NCBI GenBank assembly: GCA_937625935.1
Contig: OW569380.1
Location: 1-64,000, forward strand
DNA: 64,000 nucleotides
Direction of reading: 5' to 3'
Source: Tetramitus jugosus
Lineage: Eukaryota > Protista > Heterolobosea
Shown: one piece after another, positions 32,721 through 45,165 of the stretch
How the letters are laid out: each line of letters opens with the position of its first letter
How positions within the stretch are numbered: position 1 is the stretch's first letter
Position numbers and translations under genes: made by a program
The notes under the pieces: generated by a model
What the model was told of the DNA's origin: nothing
What the model saw: the letters and a program-made list of their open reading frames with translations, nothing else
Database searches by the model: none

Positions 32721-35712
32721 TTATAGGCGAGCTTCAGCAAACTTCTTTGCGGTTTCAACAGCAGCATCAAGCTGGCTCAAGTCAGATCCTTGACCGTTGG
32801 CAAAGTTTGGTCTTCCACCACCCTTACCGCCACAGATTTGTGACACTTCTTGAACCCATTGGGAAGCGTTCAACTTTGAGACAAGATCCTTTGGTGTGTT
32901 ACCCATGATGGCAGCCTTGCCAGACTCGATACCGATAAAGAGAGCAGGGACAGATGGACATTCAGCAGAAAAGACATCGTTGACCTTCATCAGGTACTTT
33001 CTGTCGGTGGTGCTTTCTGGAACAATCTCAACGACGTACTTTTCACCGCTTTCCTTGACTCTAGCAGCAATTTGCTTGGCAACTTCTGTGGCCTTGTTCA
33101 AAACAATCTTCTCCAATTCGGCAGTGATGGACTTGCTCTTTGAGTACAACTTCTTCAATTCTTCCTTGAATTCGTGTCTCTTGACAAGTGGCAGAGTGAT
33201 GGCATCAACTTCCAATGTCAAATCAGAAATAGCCTTGACAAATGTCAAATCAGCTGGCAAAGCATTTGCTTGGTCAATCTTGTTTTGGAATTCCTTTGCA
33301 GAATCCAAGACAGACTCAGCCTTGGCCTTGGTGTAGGCAACAATTCTACGAACACCTTGGGAGATGCTAGATTCACTGATTAGAACGAATTGTTGAGCTT
33401 CGCTGGTTCTGGACAAATGCGTTCCTCCGCAGAATTCGATACTGTATCCCTTCCAGTCTGGATTGTTGACATCCTTGACGACATCTTCGACAGCTTGACC
33501 AATACTGACCACTCTGACAAAGTCTGGATAATTTTCACCAAACATGGCTCTCAAACCAAAGATCTTCTCAGCAACTTCCTTTGATTCCAACTTGGTGAAC
33601 ACTTCGAGATCCTTTTCGATCAAATCATTGACAATTTGTTCAACCTTCTTCAATTGTTCCATGGTTGGTGCCTTATCGCTGGAGAAATCGAATCTGAGCT
33701 TATCTGGTTCGACAATGGAACCCTTTTGGTCGCACTTCTCTCCCAACACATCTCTCAAAGCAAAGTTGAGCATGTGAGTGGTGGTGTGGTTGGAAGCGAT
33801 TGGAGATCTTCTTGTGAAATCAACCTTCAATGCAACTTCGTCACCAACCTTGAATGAGGCATCCTTTCCAGTGAAGACACCAGTGTGCAACACATAACCA
33901 CCATAGCTCTTCACGCTTTGGACAATAAAGTTGTCATTGATGGTACCGATATCGAATACTTGACCACCACCTTCAGCATAATAGTTGGTTCTGTCCAAAA
34001 TGATACCAAAAGGCTTGTCCTCTGATCCATTAGCACCATCAACAAATCCGCTATCAGTATAGATGGCAACAACCTTTGCAGTTGATTCCTCCCACTTGTA
34101 CTTGTAGTCGTCTTGTGTGGCTTCAATGTTCATTTGTTCTCTCAATAGAGCAACTTGTTCACCACCGAGCTTCAAAGTGGCAATACCTTCCTTGGCAACA
34201 CCTTGGCTCAGAATGGCGTGATGAGCCAAATGTTCTTCGTATTGCTTCTTGTCAACAGTCAATCCCTTTTGTTCAGCCATCATCACAGTCAAATCAACTG
34301 GGAAACCATAAGTCTCGTACAGCTTGAATGCATCATAACCGCTAATGACCTTTGAGTTCTCTTGTTGTGCCTTGTCGACCAACTTTTCAAACAGCTTCTC
34401 TCCCTGCTTCAAAGTTCTCAAGAACTTCTTCTCTTCTTCGAGGATAATGTTCTTGACGTGCTCAGGGTCCTTCTTCAACTCTGGGAAATGATCACCCAAT
34501 TGTTGAACAACAATATCGACCAAGTTGCTAAAGAAACCAACCTTTTCGGTGATGCAACTGTTTGCGAAACGAACAGCACGTCTAATGATTCTTCTCAGAA
34601 CGTAGCCTCTGCCAGTGGATCCAGGGAAACCACCATCACTCAAAGCAATGACCAGAGTACGAATATGATCAGCAATCACTCTGTATGCAGTATCAACAGA
34701 GTCAGTGTCTTCCAAACCGAGCTTCTTAGTGTAACTGCGGCATCCAGACAATCTTTGAATCTCGTCAAAAATGGGTTGGAAAACATCAGTGTCATAATTC
34801 GATCTCACATTTTGCAAAATACTGGTCACTCTCTCGAATCCCATACCAGTATCAACGTGCTTTGCAGGCAATGGACGCAAAGATCCATCATCTTCTCTAT
34901 TGAATTGAATAAACACATTGTTCCAAATTTCAATCACATCTGGATCATCGGCATTGACCAGTGAAGCAGCATCACGACCACCGATACGATCATAGTGAAT
35001 CTCTGTACATGGACCACATGGACCAGTGTCACCCATCTCCCAGAAATTATCCTTCTTTCCAAAAGCCAAGATTCTATCATCAGGCAAATATTGCTTCCAA
35101 ATGTCTCTGGCTTCATCATCCGTTGGCACAGAGTCATCACCTGCGAAATAGGTGACATAGAGTCTGTTTGGATCTAGACCGTACACAACGGTCAACAATT
35201 CCCATGCCATACCAATGGCTTCCTTCTTAAAATAGTCACCAAAACTCCAGTTACCCAACATTTCAAAGAATGTGTGATGGTAGGTGTCTTTGCCCACATC
35301 GTCCAAATCATTGTGCTTACCACCAGCACGGATACACTTTTGTGAGTTGGCTGCTCTCTTGAGCTTTCCAAGAGCACTGTCTGGTGTTGCTTGACCAAGG
35401 AAAATGGGTTTGAATTGATTCATACTGTGTGTGTGTGTGTGTATTGTATTGAATGTGTGTATATTGTGTTGTTTGTTGTAGTAAATGTTGTGTGTAAGTC
35501 ACCATCATTTTTTTCAATCATAAATGATTGCACAACATGTTGAACAACAAGAGAATGGATTGAACATACCCAGCATTAGAGAAGAGGATGGTAGGATCAT
35601 CGTGAGGTACGACACTGGAACTTGGGACGTAGGTGTGATTGTGCTTGTTGATGAAAAAATCAATAAAAGCTTGTCTCACTTTATTACCGCTCCACTCATG
35701 AGTTGACGACAT
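32721..35712 (-). CDS. AARS: Alanyl-tRNA synthetase; exons 35712-35570 and 35424-32721 (possible longer isoform from TTG at 35901)
   Basis: [11 protein letters not shown]|[10 protein letters not shown] joined across a GT..AG intron 35569-35425; [23 protein letters not shown] editing domain, GKGGG C-Ala. Confidence 0.97.
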
Positions 35713-36247
35713 GTTATATGTATTTGCTAGTGTTGTTGTTGTTGTTTTTTTGTGGCTGTACCAAACGCGCTGTTGGAATTTTGTTTGTTGATGTTGGTGT
35801 TTGGCCAGAAGTGAAGATGCCAAGGGGCGACGCAGGAGTAGTTGTCGATGCACTTTCAAAAAAAATCTTGGGCGTTTGTTCAAGCAGTGGGTTGCATCCA
35901 ATTTTTTTTTGTTGTAAAGTTCAGCGCGAAAGGTCTCTTGAATTCCGCAATGTGAATGTTCATTTTCATGCGTTGATCAACATGATTCTGAACCGAATCT
36001 GCTTGTTTACGGTTCTGTCATGTACTTGCACGTATTGAAAGTGGTGATTAGGGAGATCTGGAATAATTCCTGTTCTATTCTCAAAGTTCGATAAGGAGGA
36101 ACAAGTGTCCGTAGATTGTATTCAGCTCGTCATCAATGACAAAACTCCGTCTCTTTTTCCTCTTCCAACCAATTTCTCTGATTCTTCCAACAACAACACA
36201 CGCAAAAAACCCCAACAGACAAAATCAGCACAAAACAACAAGTAATT

Positions 36248-37882
36248 ATGAGAAGACTAGCACCCACCAACATTCTCGGTATAACAACCAAGTCAACACA
36301 CGATGACTATGGTGGTAACAGTAACAACAACAATAACAATAGCGACATTGACAGTCCTTATCAAAGCTATCAATCACCTTCTACTTCCACAACAACAACA
36401 ACAACAACAGCTTCACAAATGTTCAATGCTTCTGATTATCAATCATCTACCAAATCATCAACATCAACCACATCATCATCCACTTCTCTCAAATCCTATC
36501 AACGTGATTATTCTTCCTCCTATGTCTCATCATCATCACCCAATGGAAGGAGTCACATTGGTTCCATCAAATCCAATTATTATCAAGTCGCACGCAGTCA
36601 ACAATCGTCATCCACAACTTCTCCATGGTTATTCGAAGTCATTCAAGACATGCTCAAATACATTTATACATCAATTGTTCAAACAACGAATCAAACCATG
36701 TCATTCAGTAGTAGAAACAATAGTAGTAATGGTGGTGGTGGTGGTGGTGGTCGACAACAAGAATTTCCTCAAGCTCAAATCACATTGGACAAAACAACGA
36801 GAAAACATTTTGATCAATTCAAACAGTTTATCAGTGTAAAATATGACATGAAAAATGAAGAACATGAAAAAATGTTGATGGCGCTGTGGGACCTCTGCAT
36901 GAACCACCATCATGTTTTTCCCGCGAAAAAATCAAAGAAAAATTCTACGGCACAACAACAACCGACCAAAGTGGAACTGGAATCGAGGATATCACACCAA
37001 TGGAAACACCTTGGTTTCCAGGGAACGAACCCTGCCACTGATTTTAGAGGCAGTGGAATTCTTGGATTGGAAAATTTGATTTATTTCGGTACAAAATATC
37101 CATCCTTGTTCTATTCATTGTACAGTCGAACGAGAACCAATAGTGAAACATCGTATCCGTTTGTGATTGCAGGTCTCAATGTCACCATGATGCTTCACGA
37201 TATTTTGGGTATTGGTATGAATGCTCGCAAGTGCAATAATCTCATTGCCAGGAAAAAATTGATTGAATTGATTAGTGATTGTGCGAGAGTAGAGCAGGAG
37301 GAACAAGAAGGAAACAATAGTAGTCAAGGCAAGAAGCAAAAAAAGAAGAATCGATCGAGTAAGAAACGTTCGGATAGCTCCGAGGAGGACGATGGCAGCA
37401 ATGATAAAAACAAGAATGATTGGGGTTGGGATTCTGATGACGATTTTTCATCCAAGCGGAAAAAGAAGAGTGGTAAGACACGAGAGGCCAACTTGTTGGA
37501 TTTTGGTGAAGAGTCATACAATGCGTCCACAGCAACAACAACTACTTATTCTCTCGGTGTAGATGATGATGAAGATGACAACAATGATGAAAGAAGCAAG
37601 AATAGTGAAAAAAAGAAGCAAAAGAAGAAGCAAGCAACACCTTCAAACAAACAAGAGAATAAGCTAGAGTCGAGTGATGCAACACGAAAAGATCGATTCC
37701 AAGTGTTCCATGAGCTCTACGTCACTGCATTCATCATGCTAGACAAACAATGGCACCGCACAAACTCAAACAACTACTTCTGTTTCCCTGAAGTGTTGGA
37801 CAGCACCAGACAACAAATGGAAGATTTAATTGAGCTCAAGTTTGACTCATTGGAAGACATTATGCAGTACAATCAAAAGTAA
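36248..37882 (+). CDS. ELMO/CED-12 domain protein (ELMOD-like)
   Basis: WKHLGFQGTNPATDFRGSGILGLENLIYF, YPFVIAGLNVT, FHELY. Confidence 0.92.
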   Translation: MRRLAPTNILGITTKSTHDDYGGNSNNNNNNSDIDSPYQSYQSPSTSTTTTTTTASQMFNASDYQSSTKSSTSTTSSSTSLKSYQRDYSSSYVSSSSPNGRSHIGSIKSNYYQVARSQQSSSTTSPWLFEVIQDMLKYIYTSIVQTTNQTMSFSSRNNSSNGGGGGGGRQQEFPQAQITLDKTTRKHFDQFKQFISVKYDMKNEEHEKMLMALWDLCMNHHHVFPAKKSKKNSTAQQQPTKVELESRISHQWKHLGFQGTNPATDFRGSGILGLENLIYFGTKYPSLFYSLYSRTRTNSETSYPFVIAGLNVTMMLHDILGIGMNARKCNNLIARKKLIELISDCARVEQEEQEGNNSSQGKKQKKKNRSSKKRSDSSEEDDGSNDKNKNDWGWDSDDDFSSKRKKKSGKTREANLLDFGEESYNASTATTTTYSLGVDDDEDDNNDERSKNSEKKKQKKKQATPSNKQENKLESSDATRKDRFQVFHELYVTAFIMLDKQWHRTNSNNYFCFPEVLDSTRQQMEDLIELKFDSLEDIMQYNQK

Positions 37883-38078
37883 TAAAACGATCCATATGAT
37901 CTGTTTCCTGTAGAACAAACGACCTGAGCCCGTTCAGTTCTATTTATGTTGTGCGTTCGAATTCGATTCACAAAAAGAAACCTCCAGCCGAAAAACACAC
38001 GTGTGCTTCGTCTCTCATCGCTGCAAGAAAAAACCAACAAGAACAGACAAACAGAACAACTAGACAATAATATTAACA

Positions 38079-38345
38079 ATGATACCAGGTGGATTAACCA
38101 AAGTAGACACTAACGACAGTGAAGTTCAAGAAGCTGCTGCCTTCACACTATCTCAGATCAGAAGAGAGACCAATAAGGACTTGGAGCTCATTAGAGTTGT
38201 TCGTGCCTGGGTTCAAGTCGTCGCAGGTCTCAAGTACGTTCTCGAATTGAAGATGAGCAATGGTATGATTAAGGCTGAAGTGTTCAGGCCATTGAGTGCT
38301 GCAAATGGAAAGTATGAGTTGATGACATGGCATCCACTCAAGTAA
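38079..38345 (+). CDS. Cystatin-type cysteine protease inhibitor
   Basis: N-terminal PGG, QVVAGLKY motif. Confidence 0.92.
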   Translation: MIPGGLTKVDTNDSEVQEAAAFTLSQIRRETNKDLELIRVVRAWVQVVAGLKYVLELKMSNGMIKAEVFRPLSAANGKYELMTWHPLK

Positions 38346-38611
38346 ATCAATTTGTACCATAAAAAAATAAGCATAATAGATCTGTTATGTCCTACACCAC
38401 ACAAAACATTCACTTTTTTACATTCTCACACCATGGACAGACAACATGACATCACTGAGAGACTGATGTTGTGTGAACCAAACCATTCACAACACAACCA
38501 CTGTTTGCTCAGCCGACGTGTGAATCCAATCTAATATTCTCCGCTCAATCACAAAAATAACCCAAAAACAAACAAGATCGCCCTATTCTTTTCAACAACA
38601 ACAACAATAAA

Positions 38612-39334
38612 ATGGCATCCACAAAGAGAAAACTTTTGCTCATCTCCAACTCTACTCAACATGGTGGAACATACCTCTCTCACTGTGCCAACCATGTTAA
38701 GCAATTTTTCACCGGTTGTCAAAACATTCTTTTTGTTCCATATGCACTTCACGATTGGGACACATATGCCCGCACGGCTCAAACAGCGTTCGAGTCATTT
38801 GGTCTCTCCATCTCGTCCATCCATACCCAATCGGACAAAAAGGAGGCGGTGAGAAAAGCCGACGGTATTTTTATCTCTGGCGGAAATACTTTCCGACTGT
38901 TGAAAACACTTTACGATGAGCAATTGGTGGAGCTCATTCGTGAGAGAGTGTTGCAAGATGGTTTGCCATACATGGGAACAAGCGCAGGATCCAATGTTGC
39001 GTGCCTAACGATCAAAACAACCAATGATATGCCAATTGTGTTTCCTCGTTCGTTTGATGCACTTCAGTTGGTTCCTTTCCAGATCAATGCTCACTTTATT
39101 GATTCTGAGAAGCATTTGAGTGGTCACATGGGTGAGACCAGAGAGACCAGATTGAGAGAGTTCCATGAGGAGAATGATACGACTGTGATTGGATTGAGAG
39201 AAGGCGCCATGTTGTCCGTCAATGGAAATGAAATGAAACTGTTGGGAATCAATGGTGGAAAATTGTTTGTCAAGAATCAAGCACCTGTTGATATTGCTGT
39301 TGATGAAGATTTGTCATCGCAGCTCGTTCAGTAA
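38612..39334 (+). CDS. pepE: Dipeptidase E (peptidase S51)
   Basis: GGNTFRLL, GTSAG, KTTNDMPIV, PFQINAHF, HMGETRETR. Confidence 0.95.
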   Translation: MASTKRKLLLISNSTQHGGTYLSHCANHVKQFFTGCQNILFVPYALHDWDTYARTAQTAFESFGLSISSIHTQSDKKEAVRKADGIFISGGNTFRLLKTLYDEQLVELIRERVLQDGLPYMGTSAGSNVACLTIKTTNDMPIVFPRSFDALQLVPFQINAHFIDSEKHLSGHMGETRETRLREFHEENDTTVIGLREGAMLSVNGNEMKLLGINGGKLFVKNQAPVDIAVDEDLSSQLVQ

Positions 39335-39915
39335 AAATTCATTCTGGACTAGAGTATAACAAAGTGACAATCCATCTTTGCACCGATTTAAATAAATCGA
39401 ATCTTCTCCAAATTACTCCAATATTCTTCTGCCCTCTCCTTCAACTTTGCTGTTTTTCAGAATAGTGATATCGTTGATAGTCAAGGGATTCAGGACCAGA
39501 GTATTCAGCTCTTCTAAAAATGCAGAGCAACTACTTGAGGACGAGGAACTTTTAGAGAGCAAATTGCTCTTCAGAAGAAACAAATGATGGAGAGAGGGTT
39601 GAAGCCCAAGAGAAAGCGCAGATTCAATCCACCTCCACCAATAGGAAAGCAGAAGACCTATCTCATGACGAAAGATAGTTCCATCACAGACTTCTTGTGA
39701 CCAAGATCTCAGTAAAGAAAATGGATAGAGTTCATGGTGACAGTCTGAAAGATGGATCCAGGCATGATTCACATTGCCACATTATATCATCGATCGTTGG
39801 TTTGCTGGATAATGAAGGCCTCCTTTTATAATGAAATATCAGTTAGTCAGAATAATGGACAGGTCTATTACCTCTTGTATGAGGAGATTCGAGCTCAAAG
39901 AGGAAGTAAAAAGCC

Positions 39916-40340
39916 TTAATCACAAGCCTCATCGGTACCTCTATTGTAGAACACCTGGCGAGAAATATTTGAGGGATCAGTGATTGACAATGGCGTTTCC
40001 TCATTCTCAACAATTTCTTCGAAAAATCTCTGAATTATTCCCTTGACACCAATGGCATACGTCTCAATTGTGAGCAATCCCTGTTGAAGTTCGGAGAGCG
40101 TTTTAGTAGTGAAAAGGTGAGTTTCATCCACAGCTCGATTCAAATTTCCTCTTCCTAATTCTTGAAGGGCTCTTCGAGCTGTTTGTTTCCTTCTTGCAAG
40201 CGATCTCTTGACTTGATGTAGTAATTTTTTCCATTCCCTTTTGAAAAACCGTCGAATACATTATCCAAATCAAGATCCTCATTAGCTTCAAAATCAATGA
40301 TCATCATCGTGCCAGAAACAAATCCAAAATTTGTTACATT
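39916..40340 (-). pseudogene. Degraded copy of repeated small helical protein family 'B'
   Basis: RSLARRKQTARRALQELGRGNLNRAVDE shared with the copies at 43294, 44649 and 52333; internal deletion. Confidence 0.75.
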
Positions 40341-40361
40341 AATAAATTCTCACCGAAGTTT

Positions 40362-42408
40362 TGTAGCACACACAAAAAAAAACAATGTAACCAACAGCTG
40401 AACTGCAACACGACCAAAAAATCTTCCAGAGGAGGAAAGGCTGGTAGATGGTGTGTCCGTGCTCCCAGCGATACTATGGTAGAAAACTACAAGAATGTAG
40501 TTTCAAGTAACGGAAGACTAACACTGCGTCAACAAGAAAATTTCAGGATTGTTGACAACGATGTGCAGTTTCGAGTGATCAAGAAAGATTTGTCATTCAT
40601 ATTACGCCAGGACTCTAGAAGAAAAGGAAAAGGCAAAGCAGGCTAATGGAAAGGAATTCGAAAAGTACTGTGAAGTACAACACTCTTCAACTCCATTGTG
40701 ATTTACTATTCCACATACATCAGAAAGGAACAGGATACTGTGTGAAATTCACACTGAGAATCATCTTGGTGATAATTCAATGCGACATGAATTCCACAAA
40801 CAAAGAGTAACTTGGTTCAAGCTACAAGATCCTATTGCGAAATACTGTAACTCATGTACCATCTGCCAAATGAAAAATGGGACAAAAAGGCCAATTGTTC
40901 CATTTCGAATTGTGGTTGCAGAAAGGACACTCCAACATCTATATATCGACCTTTCATTCATGATGGTCGACAGCAGCCAAATTGGGATGGTCAATCTCAT
41001 TGATCATTTTACAAAGAGATTGTGGTCAAAGGCCATCCCTAGCAAGAGTGCGACAGTGGTTGCTGCATTCCTGGAGGAAGTTTCTGCGACATGGGATTGG
41101 TTGAAGAGAACGTTGAGCGTGACTCTGATGACGTCCAATTCACCACATACCTTAGAAGTGACAACGGTGGTGAGTTCATTGCAAAAGAGATTTCCACTCT
41201 CTGTTCCAGGTATGGAATCCAGAAGAAAGAGGGTGCTCCTTATGCGCCATGGATTCAAGGTGTTGTTGAAGCTGTGAACAAGACCATAAAGAACATGTTA
41301 AAGGCTCGAATGTTGTCCAACAACAGCACTGGTTGGTCACAAATGTTGCATTCAACATGTGTTCAGTATAACAATAAGTACCATTCTGTGATCAAGATGT
41401 CTCCAAACGAAGCCTGGGGTAGATGTTTTAGACCGAAGACCGAATCCACAAGCCATGACTGATCAAGAAACTGCAGATAGGCTATTCTGGCTACAAACAA
41501 TAAGAAATCGTACCATCGACAGATACAAAACACAGAGACAAAATTGGCTCAAAAGTGGAAAGGTGAACGTTTATTGTGTTGGCGATGTTGTGTTGGTGAG
41601 AGTACCTGAAAGGTATAGGTCAAAGCTGGAGTATCTCTGGGGTCGAAAAGGTGTTGTTGTGGATGCTCCGGTGGACGAGAGTGGCTTCTCGCTACTCAAG
41701 TATCGGTTGAGGTGGCTTGAAACAGGTGGCTTTAGGAAGTGTGAGGGCGTCGGTTCAGAAACGACCTATTTTGTTCACACTCGAGACCTCAAGCCGTTCG
41801 TATTGGGTCAAGATCTGTTGTTAGAGCCAGCAGATCATGAATCTTTGGACCACAGTGCGCCAGAATATCACGAGAATGACTATGAAGATGGCGTACTCTC
41901 CCCTCATACATGCCATCTGTTGGTCATGTTGGAGAGGAAAGAAATGTTGCAGTTGGTGCTGGTGATAGTGTTGCCAGAAAGCGAGACAGAGCATCTTTAG
42001 CACTGTTGGAATGTGTCGGCGAATCACCGAAATTTCCAGTAAAAAGTCGAAAAAATAGGAAGAGGAGAAAACGGGAAAATTGCAACCCACCACCATCATT
42101 TCCGCTACAGTGAGAGGCGTATGCAGGAACAAATATTCAAGAAACCATTGTGAGGGACGGGGGTGGCGTGGGTTTTCAGGCGAATGTCTCCTTGGACCAC
42201 GCTTACTAGGGCACGTCGCAACTCACAGTGTCCTGAATAAATTGTTCTTGCAAAGACGACCTACAGCATGCAAGGAAAATTGAGCAATTGTAATAAATTT
42301 TTTATTGTTTAATAAAATTATGGGTCTGTAGTAGCTTCCAGTCGTCTACAAAATTTTGTAGATGAAAAAAAAATTGAGCATCTACACATGTAGATACCAC
42401 AGACTACA
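40362..42408 (+). mobile_element. Decayed rve-integrase DNA transposon (Ginger/TDD-like), frameshifted
   Basis: HHCC (IHTENH...CNSCTIC), YIDL, IDHFTK, RSDNGGEF, PWIQGVVEAVNKTIK, YNNKYHS..KMSP across frameshifts near 41090 and 41455; no reverse transcriptase; TGTAG at 40362 and CTACA at 42408 (ends tentative). Confidence 0.75.
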
Positions 42409-42455
42409 GTTGTCTTCAGAATCAATGAGTTTATCAATTTATACCAAGCGAGATG

Positions 42456-42824
42456 CTATTTCTTGATTCTCAGACCAATTTGACCCAATTGTGCACCATT
42501 TACCTTATCTTTCAATAGAATAACAGAGCCTGGGAATTGTTGAGAGAAGAATTCAATCGTCCTGTTCTTGAGAAGTAACTTGGGTGCTTCATCTAGAGTG
42601 TTGACACGATCCATAAGGGATTGTGTGAGAAAAGTGTATTTTTCAGAAGGTAGCAATTTTCTTAACTTTGTCCTAATGTATGCCTTTAGTCCGTAGATGT
42701 TGTCCTCCTTTCTCATGGCTTCCAAAGTCATCAAAAGTTCCTCTTTGCTTTGTTTTCCATCTTCAACATCATTGGCATATTGTTGGATAACATTCAAGAT
42801 CTCACTTAGCTCTTTCCTTTCCAT
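42456..42824 (-). CDS. Hypothetical protein family 'A', copy 1
   Basis: 122-aa ORF with ATG; paralog at 45166 conserved at protein level. Confidence 0.65.
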   Translation of the reverse strand: MERKELSEILNVIQQYANDVEDGKQSKEELLMTLEAMRKEDNIYGLKAYIRTKLRKLLPSEKYTFLTQSLMDRVNTLDEAPKLLLKNRTIEFFSQQFPGSVILLKDKVNGAQLGQIGLRIKK

Positions 42825-43293
42825 GATTTATGTTGGCGAGTCGATGATTTTTTGTAGATATGACCGTTAAAGAATTTGTTAAAAATAGTCTTCGCTTGGT
42901 TATTGGTGGAAATTATTGTATTGCGAACATTCTTCACATGTATCCTGCCATTTCACTATTGGTCGCCAGAGAGTATCCGGCAGGAAAATCAATCTCTGCA
43001 CTCGAATATTAACAAGATGTGGAATCCGATGTTTATTGATAAAAAATGACTCAAAATATGACGGTTAGACCAAGGTTTTCCAGGATGCAGTGTCGATCTC
43101 GTTGTATTTAACATGGTTCCCTTCGCCTCGAAGCACCTTGTGGATATAGAGAGTGGATTCAAGTAGCCTGTACATGTTCAAAGTTGAGTCCTGTGAACTA
43201 GTTCCTTGTAAAGTACACCTTATTCTAAATCGTTTGACAAGGTTGTTCCTTTGATATCAGATGTTATATTTCAAGCTTTTTTTTATCAATCAT

Positions 43294-43679
43294 CTATTCA
43301 GTTTCTTCCCTTTCTAGCTCCTGTTCGAATCTCTGAACGGTTTCCTTGACACCCTCAACAAACTGCTCAAGATAGAACAGTTCTTCTTCTTCCAGAAAAA
43401 TAGAAAGAGTTTTAGTAGTGAAAAGGTGAGCTTCATCCACAGCTCGATTCAAATTTCCTCTTCCTAATTCTTGAAGAGCTCTTCGAGCTGTTTGTTTTCT
43501 TCTTGCGAGAGACCTTGTAAAAAACAAGTACTTGATTATTGGATCTTTTGACAAGATGTAGTAATTTCGTCCTTTTCCTTCTAAGAAACCACGGAATGCA
43601 CAGGTATGGGTGCTGATCCAGCGAGAAAGTCAATGATAACGGTCTTAAAAGAAACAAATCCAAAATTTGACCTATTCAT
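43294..43679 (-). pseudogene. Family 'B' small helical protein, frameshifted near 43600
   Basis: MNRSNFGFVS..IIDF N-terminus is out of frame with AFRGFLEGKGRNYYILSKDPII... Confidence 0.6.
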
Positions 43680-43810
43680 CACCACATCTGTCAAGCCACA
43701 AAACCTCGAAATTAAATCCAATTGAGAGAATTCCACCATGATATCCTCTGCACTTGGACTACGGTTGTCTTCAGAATCAATGAGTTTATCAATTTATACC
43801 AAGCGAGATG

Positions 43811-44179
43811 CTATTTCTTGATTCTCAGACCAATTTGACCCAATTGTGCACCATTTACCTTATCTTTCAATAGAATAACAGAGCCTGGGAATTGTTGAGA
43901 GAAGAATTCAATCGTCCTGTTCTTGAGAAGTAACTTGGGTGCTTCATCTAGAGTGTTGACACGATCCATAAGGGATTGTGTGAGAAAAGTGTATTTTTCA
44001 GAAGGTAGCAATTTTCTTAACTTTGTCCTAATGTATGCCTTTAGTCCGTAGATGTTGTCCTCCTTTCTCATGGCTTCCAAAGTCATCAAAAGTTCCTCTT
44101 TGCTTTGTTTTCCATCTTCAACATCATTGGCATATTGTTGGATAACATTCAAGATCTCACTTAGCTCTTTCCTTTCCAT
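43811..44179 (-). CDS. Hypothetical protein family 'A', copy 2
   Basis: Identical to copy 1. Confidence 0.65.
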   Translation of the reverse strand: MERKELSEILNVIQQYANDVEDGKQSKEELLMTLEAMRKEDNIYGLKAYIRTKLRKLLPSEKYTFLTQSLMDRVNTLDEAPKLLLKNRTIEFFSQQFPGSVILLKDKVNGAQLGQIGLRIKK

Positions 44180-44648
44180 GATTTATGTTGGCGAGTCGAT
44201 GATTTTTTGTAGATATGACCGTTAAAGAATTTGTTAAAAATAGTCTTCGCTTGGTTATTGGTGGAAATTATTGTATTGCGAACATTCTTCACATGTATCC
44301 TGCCATTTCACTATTGGTCGCCAGAGAGTATCCGGCAGGAAAATCAATCTCTGCACTCGAATATTAACAAGATGTGGAATCCGATGTTTATTGATAAAAA
44401 ATGACTCAAAATATGACGGTTAGACCAAGGTTTTCCAGGATGCAGTGTCGATCTCGTTGTATTTAACATGGTTCCCTTCGCCTCGAAGCACCTTGTGGAT
44501 ATAGAGAGTGGATTCAAGTAGCCTGTACATGTTCAAAGTTGAGTCCTGTGAACTAGTTCCTTGTAAAGTACACCTTATTCTAAATCGTTTGACAAGGTTG
44601 TTCCTTTGATATCAGATGTTATATTTCAAGCTTTTTTTTATCAATCAT

Positions 44649-45034
44649 CTATTCAGTTTCTTCCCTTTCTAGCTCCTGTTCGAATCTCTGAACGGTTTCC
44701 TTGACACCCTCAACAAACTGCTCAAGATAGAACAGTTCTTCTTCTTCCAGAAAAATAGAAAGAGTTTTAGTAGTGAAAAGGTGAGCTTCATCCACAGCTC
44801 GATTCAAATTTCCTCTTCCTAATTCTTGAAGAGCTCTTCGAGCTGTTTGTTTTCTTCTTGCGAGAGACCTTGTAAAAAACAAGTACTTGATTATTGGATC
44901 TTTTGACAAGATGTAGTAATTTCGTCCTTTTCCTTCTAAGAAACCACGGAATGCACAGGTATGGGTGCTGATCCAGCGAGAAAGTCAATGATAACGGTCT
45001 TAAAAGAAACAAATCCAAAATTTGACCTATTCAT
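44649..45034 (-). pseudogene. Family 'B' small helical protein, frameshifted duplicate
   Basis: Identical to the 43294 copy. Confidence 0.6.
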
Positions 45035-45165
45035 CACCACATCTGTCAAGCCACAAAACCTCGAAATTAAATCCAATTGAGAGAATTCCACCATGATATC
45101 CTCTGCACTTGGACTACGGTTGTCTTCAGAATCAATGAGTTTATCAATTTATACCAAGCGAGATG

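Noticed and set aside
40362-42408. LTR retrotransposon
   Set aside because: Only an integrase is present; no RT, RNase H, protease or LTR pair.
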